From Gemmatimonadota bacterium (GTDB taxonomy: Bacteria; Gemmatimonadota; Gemmatimonadetes; Palauibacterales; Palauibacteraceae), in NCBI GenBank assembly GCA_965116475.1, contig OZ220691.1, positions 1,152,001 through 1,216,000 on the forward strand: a DNA stretch of 64,000 nt. Direction: 5' to 3'. Positions 59,642 to 64,000 of the stretch are shown here, piece by piece. The notes under the pieces are model-generated. The model was not told the origin of the DNA, searched no databases, and was given only the letters and a program-made list of their open reading frames with translations. Every line of letters begins with the position of its first letter. The stretch's first letter is position 1. Position numbers and translations under genes: made by a program.

Positions 59642-60664
59642 ATGAGAGACGGCATCCGGCGCGTGATCTTCCTCCTTCCGATCCTTCTTTCGGCGTGCTC
59701 GAACCCGGAACCGGGCGGCCCCGCCGAGAGTGGCGTGCCATCGTTCGCGGTGGACCCGGGCTGGCCGCGCGAGATGCCGAACCTCTGGATCATGGGATCC
59801 ATCACGGGTGTGTTCGTCGACGCGCGCGACCACGTGTGGGTCACGCACATCCCGGAGTCGCTGACGCCGGAGGAGACGTCCGCCGTGCAGGACCCGCCGA
59901 TCGGCACCTGCTGCGTCCCGGCCCCGGTCGTGACCGAGTTCGACCCCGAGGGGAATCTCGTCCAGGGGTGGGGCGACCCGGCCGCGCAGGACGTGTCGGA
60001 ATTCCCGCGCAACGCGCACGGCATCTTCGTCGACCACAACGACTACGTGTGGGTGGGCACCTACCGGCACCACCGGGTGATGAAGTTCACGCGCTCCGGC
60101 GACCTCGTCATGACGATCGGCCGCTACGACGAGAACGGGGGGAGCGACGACCCGGAGCTTCTCGGCGGACCCGCCGGCATCTGGGTGGATCCCGAAGACA
60201 ACGAAGTCTTCATCGCCGACGGCTACGAGTACGATTACGCGGGGCGGACGCCGGACTCGGAGCCGCCGCGCCAGTTCTCCACCGTGCACGGCCTCATCGG
60301 GTCGAACGACGGCCTCATCTACGTCGCGGACCGCCGCGGAAACCGGATCCAGGTGTTCGATCAGGACGGCGCGTTCCAGGCCGAGAAGATCGTGGCTCCG
60401 GCCACGCGCGCCTCGGGCTCGGCCTTCGTCATCGCCTTCTCACCCGACGAGGAGCAACGCTGGCTCTACCTGGCGGACGGCACCAACCACAAGATCTGGA
60501 TTCTGCGCCGCTCCGACCTCGAGATCGTGGGCGAATTCGGCCGCGGCGGACGCCAACTCGGGCAATTCCTGCGCCCGCACGGGATGAGCGTCGACTCCCA
60601 CGGCAACATCTACGTCGGCGAAGCCTCCACCGGTCGGCGAATCCAGCGCTTCACGCCTCGTTGA
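59642..60664 (+). CDS. NHL-repeat, PAL-like (peptidyl-alpha-hydroxyglycine lyase family) lipoprotein, possibly internally deleted
   Basis: Lipobox LSAC; WP..., HGIFVD, ADGY, VHG, ADR..NRIQVF, PHG..VDS.GNIYVGE motifs. Confidence 0.8.
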   Translation: MRDGIRRVIFLLPILLSACSNPEPGGPAESGVPSFAVDPGWPREMPNLWIMGSITGVFVDARDHVWVTHIPESLTPEETSAVQDPPIGTCCVPAPVVTEFDPEGNLVQGWGDPAAQDVSEFPRNAHGIFVDHNDYVWVGTYRHHRVMKFTRSGDLVMTIGRYDENGGSDDPELLGGPAGIWVDPEDNEVFIADGYEYDYAGRTPDSEPPRQFSTVHGLIGSNDGLIYVADRRGNRIQVFDQDGAFQAEKIVAPATRASGSAFVIAFSPDEEQRWLYLADGTNHKIWILRRSDLEIVGEFGRGGRQLGQFLRPHGMSVDSHGNIYVGEASTGRRIQRFTPR

Positions 60665-60709
60665 GGTCGTAGCTCGCGGATATCCGAGACACCCCTCGTG
60701 GCAGCCACG

Positions 60710-61888
60710 TCAGCCGCGGTTGCCCTCGCCCCATGCGGAGGTGAGCGGTTCGCCGTCGATGAAGCGGGCGGGGCGGAACGGTGAAAGGTCGATCGCCGGC
60801 GGCTCGTCGCAGATGACGTCGGCGAGCGCCTCGCCGATCGGGGGGCCGAGCTTGAACCCGTGGCCGCTTCCGCCGAAGAAGGCGTAGTAGCCCTCGAGAC
60901 CTGGCTCGCGGCCGACGATCGGGTGCCAGTCGTCCGTGATCGTGTAGAGCGAGGCGTAGCCGCCGAGGTGCCGGGCGTTGGCCAGAGCCGGGATCCTCCG
61001 GAAGAGCGGACGCTCGATGCGTTCGCGCATCGCCGGATCGAGGGCCGGATCGCAGTCGTTCGGATCCACCGGCTCGATGTCCTTGGGCGCCCCGAGCCCG
61101 GCGATGATGCGATCTTCCCCGTGGGGTCGCAGGTAGATGCGCAGACCCGGATCCGAGACCACCGGGAGAGCGCCGAAGCTGGCCGGCTTCTCCACGAACA
61201 GGTCGCTCTCGCGGCTCCAGCGCAGCGAGTACTTCAGGCCGAGCCAGGAGCCGACCTGCCCCGCCCAGGGCCCCGCCGCGTTCACGACGACGTTCGTCGC
61301 GATCGTCCCGTCCTCGGTCTCGACCGCGACCACGCGGTCCCCGTGCAAACCAACGGCCGTGGCGGCGACTCCGGGGCGCGGCTCAAGCCCCCAGGGGCGG
61401 GCCGCCGCCACGAGGTTCTCCGTCGTCCGAGTCGGATCGGCGTAACCCGAGCGGGGCTCGAGGATGCCGTACGACACGCCGTCCAGGGAGAGGGGCGGCG
61501 CCAGGTGGGCGACGCCTTCCACCGTAAGCCGCTCGACGTGGAGGCCGTGACGCCGCTCCGACTCGAGAATGTGTTCCCCGGCGGCGCGCAGGCGCTCGCC
61601 GATCAGGAGCAGGAAGCCGATGGGCCGGAACCCGCAGTCACCGCCGAGCAGATCCCGGTCGTTCTCGAACATGTGAAGGGCCCGCTTCGCGAGTTCGAGC
61701 GTGATCGGGTTCGAGTAGTACGTGCGGACGATGGCGGCGGAATGTCCCGTGCTCACCCCCGCCAGGCGCCCCTTCTCCAGGAGCACGACGCGTCCGAACC
61801 CTCGCCTGGCGAGGAAGTGCGCGGCGCTGGCGCCCATGATCCCGCCACCGATGACCACGGCATCGGCGGTCTTCACACTCGCCGTCAT
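60710..61888 (-). CDS. FAD-dependent oxidoreductase (sarcosine oxidase beta/DadA-like)
   Basis: GGGIMG, STGHSAA, NAAGPW, YTITDDWHP, GSGHGFKLGP motifs. Confidence 0.88.
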   Translation of the reverse strand: MTASVKTADAVVIGGGIMGASAAHFLARRGFGRVVLLEKGRLAGVSTGHSAAIVRTYYSNPITLELAKRALHMFENDRDLLGGDCGFRPIGFLLLIGERLRAAGEHILESERRHGLHVERLTVEGVAHLAPPLSLDGVSYGILEPRSGYADPTRTTENLVAAARPWGLEPRPGVAATAVGLHGDRVVAVETEDGTIATNVVVNAAGPWAGQVGSWLGLKYSLRWSRESDLFVEKPASFGALPVVSDPGLRIYLRPHGEDRIIAGLGAPKDIEPVDPNDCDPALDPAMRERIERPLFRRIPALANARHLGGYASLYTITDDWHPIVGREPGLEGYYAFFGGSGHGFKLGPPIGEALADVICDEPPAIDLSPFRPARFIDGEPLTSAWGEGNRG

Positions 61889-63645
61889 CGTCCCGGCGAC
61901 CGCCGGAGTCTCCGGGTCTCCGCGAGGTCGACGGCCCACTCCCCAGGCTTGATGGCCACGCCGTAGGTCTCCCGCGCCCGGGCGCGCGCGACCTTGCCTT
62001 CCCGCACGTCCCGCAGCACCGCCTCCGGATCGCGTTCGTGCGCCGGCCCGAACCCGCCACCGCCCGCCGTCTCGATCCGCACCCGGTCGCCCGTCCTGAG
62101 CTGCACCGTCGCCTTGGAGCCCAGGTCCCGCGCCTCGCCGCCCGAGATCAGCCTGTAGCTCGCGACCCTCCCATCGTCTCCCCCGTGCAGGCCGTGGGCC
62201 GGGAACCGCGCCCGGTCCGCCAGCGTCGTGAACGTCGGCTCGTGGCCCACGAACTCGTACTCGCGGCACAGCGCGAGACCGCCCCGCCGCCGGCCCGCCC
62301 CCTCCGAGTCCGGAACCAGGCTGTACTCGTGGATGCGCACGGGATAGTTGAGTTCGGTCTCCTCGATCGGTGCGTTCTGGGTGTTCTGGATGTGGGTCTG
62401 GACCGCGTCCGGGCCGTCGGCATCGTGCCGCCCGCCGTACCCGCCCGCGAGCGTCTCGAGGAAGCAGTAGTACTCCCCCGTCGCCGGGTCCTCGCCCCCG
62501 AATCCCACGTGGCAGATCATCCCCTTCGTTCCCGCGGGAACGCGTTCCGGCATGGGGTCGGCGAGCGCCCGGAACATGATGTCGCACAGCCGCATCGCGA
62601 CCTCCCACCCGCCGACCACTCCCGCCGGCGGCCGCACGTTCACCGTCGACCCCTCCGGCGCCACCACCTCGATCGGGCGATAGAAGCCCTCGTTCAGCGG
62701 GATATCCGGGTCGACGAGGCACTTGAGCACGTAGACGCAGGCCGTGAAGCACTGCGTCAGGTTGCAGTTCATGGGCGCCGCGCGCTGCGGGTCGGTTCCC
62801 GTGAAGTCGAAGCGCGCCGTCGAACCGTCGAACCGAATCCGGACCTTGAGGCGAACCGGCTCCCCGGTGATCCCGTCGTCGTCGAGGCACCCCTCCGCCA
62901 CGAACTCCCCTCGCGGAAGCTCCGCCAGTTCCGCCCGCAGCCGCCGCTCGCTGTACTCGACCATGCGGTCCATGTAGGAGCCCAGCATCTCCGAGCCGTA
63001 GCGCTCCCAGAGCGCGGACAGCCGGCGCAGCCCGATCTCGTTCGCCGCGTGCTGCGCGCGCAGGTCGCCCGCCACCTCCTTCTTCGCGCGCACGTTGGCG
63101 AGCATGAGTTTCAGCACGTCGCCCACGAGTTCGCCGCCGTCGAAGAGCTTCACGACGGGAAGGATGATCCCCTCCTGGTAGATCTCGCGGAACGCGCCGA
63201 TGCTCGCCGGCGCCCCGCCGCCCACGTCCACGTGGTGGCAGCAGTTGGCGACGTATCCCGTGAGTTCCCCCTCGTGGAAGAAGGGCGCGATGAGAAAGAC
63301 GTCGTTGAGGTGGCTCGCCTGCCGGTGCGGGTCGTTGACCAGCAGCCCGTCCCCCGGACCGAGCGTCCCCTCGCCGTGCTCCGCCTCGTACTCGGCCACG
63401 GCGCGCGGGACGAGGCGCCCGATCGTCACCAGGTGCGCGGGCTGGCAGAACGCCTGCGCGATCATGCGCCCGCCCGCGTCCACGAAGGCGCAGGAATAGT
63501 CGAGCCGCGTCTTGATGTTCGTCGAATAGGCGGTGCGCTGGAGCGTGACCGACATCTCCTCGGTCGCCTCCACGAGCGCGTTCCGGATGACTTCGAACAG
63601 GACCGGATCCACGGAGCTCGCGGTCCGGCTTTCAGGCTGCGGCAT
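61885..63645 (-). CDS. Hydantoinase B / 5-oxoprolinase family protein
   Basis: EEM...LQRTAYS..IK...DYSCA, NDP...SHLND, HHVDVGG, GGYGG...DG, TAGGGGFG motifs. Confidence 0.92.
   Translation of the reverse strand: MPQPESRTASSVDPVLFEVIRNALVEATEEMSVTLQRTAYSTNIKTRLDYSCAFVDAGGRMIAQAFCQPAHLVTIGRLVPRAVAEYEAEHGEGTLGPGDGLLVNDPHRQASHLNDVFLIAPFFHEGELTGYVANCCHHVDVGGGAPASIGAFREIYQEGIILPVVKLFDGGELVGDVLKLMLANVRAKKEVAGDLRAQHAANEIGLRRLSALWERYGSEMLGSYMDRMVEYSERRLRAELAELPRGEFVAEGCLDDDGITGEPVRLKVRIRFDGSTARFDFTGTDPQRAAPMNCNLTQCFTACVYVLKCLVDPDIPLNEGFYRPIEVVAPEGSTVNVRPPAGVVGGWEVAMRLCDIMFRALADPMPERVPAGTKGMICHVGFGGEDPATGEYYCFLETLAGGYGGRHDADGPDAVQTHIQNTQNAPIEETELNYPVRIHEYSLVPDSEGAGRRRGGLALCREYEFVGHEPTFTTLADRARFPAHGLHGGDDGRVASYRLISGGEARDLGSKATVQLRTGDRVRIETAGGGGFGPAHERDPEAVLRDVREGKVARARARETYGVAIKPGEWAVDLAETRRLRRSPGR
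62527..62542. repeat. Dispersed 16-bp palindrome CGTTCCCGCGGGAACG, copy 4 (intragenic)
   Basis: Exact match within the hydantoinase B CDS (RVPAGTK). Confidence 0.9.
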
Positions 63646-64000
63646 TTCGGCCCCCGGTTCGAGTTTCGAGACGCGCCCCGATCCACAGAATGAGGATTGT
63701 GAGCGGCAGTCCGACCAGGATCGGATCCAGCTCCCAGATGATGACGACGGCTCCCACCTCCCGGATCGCCCCGAACGTCTGCCATACGGCCTGCACCGCG
63801 GCGCCGACGAGCAGCGCCGCCATCACCGTGCGCGGCGCCTGCCGGAGCGAGGGGAAGAGGACGATCCCGACCAGCGCGGGGGCGACGGAGGCCCCCATGA
63901 TCCGCCCCCCGATCCAGAACAGTTCGATGAGGAGGGGGAGCGCCAGGTAGAGTGCGGCCGCGAGCGCCCCCACGAGGAGGACGTTGAGGCGGTAGACCCA
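63632..64000 (-). CDS. Membrane transporter C-terminus (probably a sodium:solute symporter), partial
   Basis: Frame open from the window end; several TM helices; lies upstream of and overlaps the hydantoinase B start. Confidence 0.55.
   Translation of the reverse strand, partial: WVYRLNVLLVGALAAALYLALPLLIELFWIGGRIMGASVAPALVGIVLFPSLRQAPRTVMAALLVGAAVQAVWQTFGAIREVGAVVIIWELDPILVGLPLTILILWIGARLETRTGGRNAAA

Overview
A gene-dense, very GC-rich bacterial chromosomal window with about 56 protein-coding genes. I found no rRNA, tRNA, CRISPR array or recognisable mobile element. The gene style suggests a heterotrophic diderm, possibly Gemmatimonadota (inference only): many exported hydrolases and lipoproteins, a tandem Ig-like lipoprotein, DUF5916 and CehA/McbA-like metallohydrolases. 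Recognisable blocks are a complete MoxR-DUF58-BatA/B/C/D/E operon, a cobalt-type nitrile hydratase operon divergent from a ComDE-like ThDP decarboxylase, a HipB/HipA toxin-antitoxin pair, an amidohydrolase/PHP-hydrolase cluster, a YdbS/T-like pair, nfo, and a transporter-hydantoinase B-FAD oxidase unit. The most unusual observations are: (1) the nitrile hydratase alpha subunit carries a near-consensus twin-arginine signal peptide plus an 11-His tract, implying a Tat-exported nitrile hydratase; (2) a perfect 16-bp palindrome, CGTTCCCGCGGGAACG, occurs four times; (3) a cytochrome c fused to a PHM-type copper monooxygenase retains all six Cu ligands, has a vicinal-Cys partner gene and lies divergent from a PQQ dehydrogenase; (4) a Tat-lipoprotein D-amino acid oxidase appears circularly permuted; (5) a Tat-like FMN hydroxy-acid oxidase has a CxxCH insert; (6) a divergent MerR/ARPP-1-like pair; and (7) an apparent in-frame deletion in a PAL-like NHL propeller. 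All calls come from motif recognition by eye, and no database searches were run.
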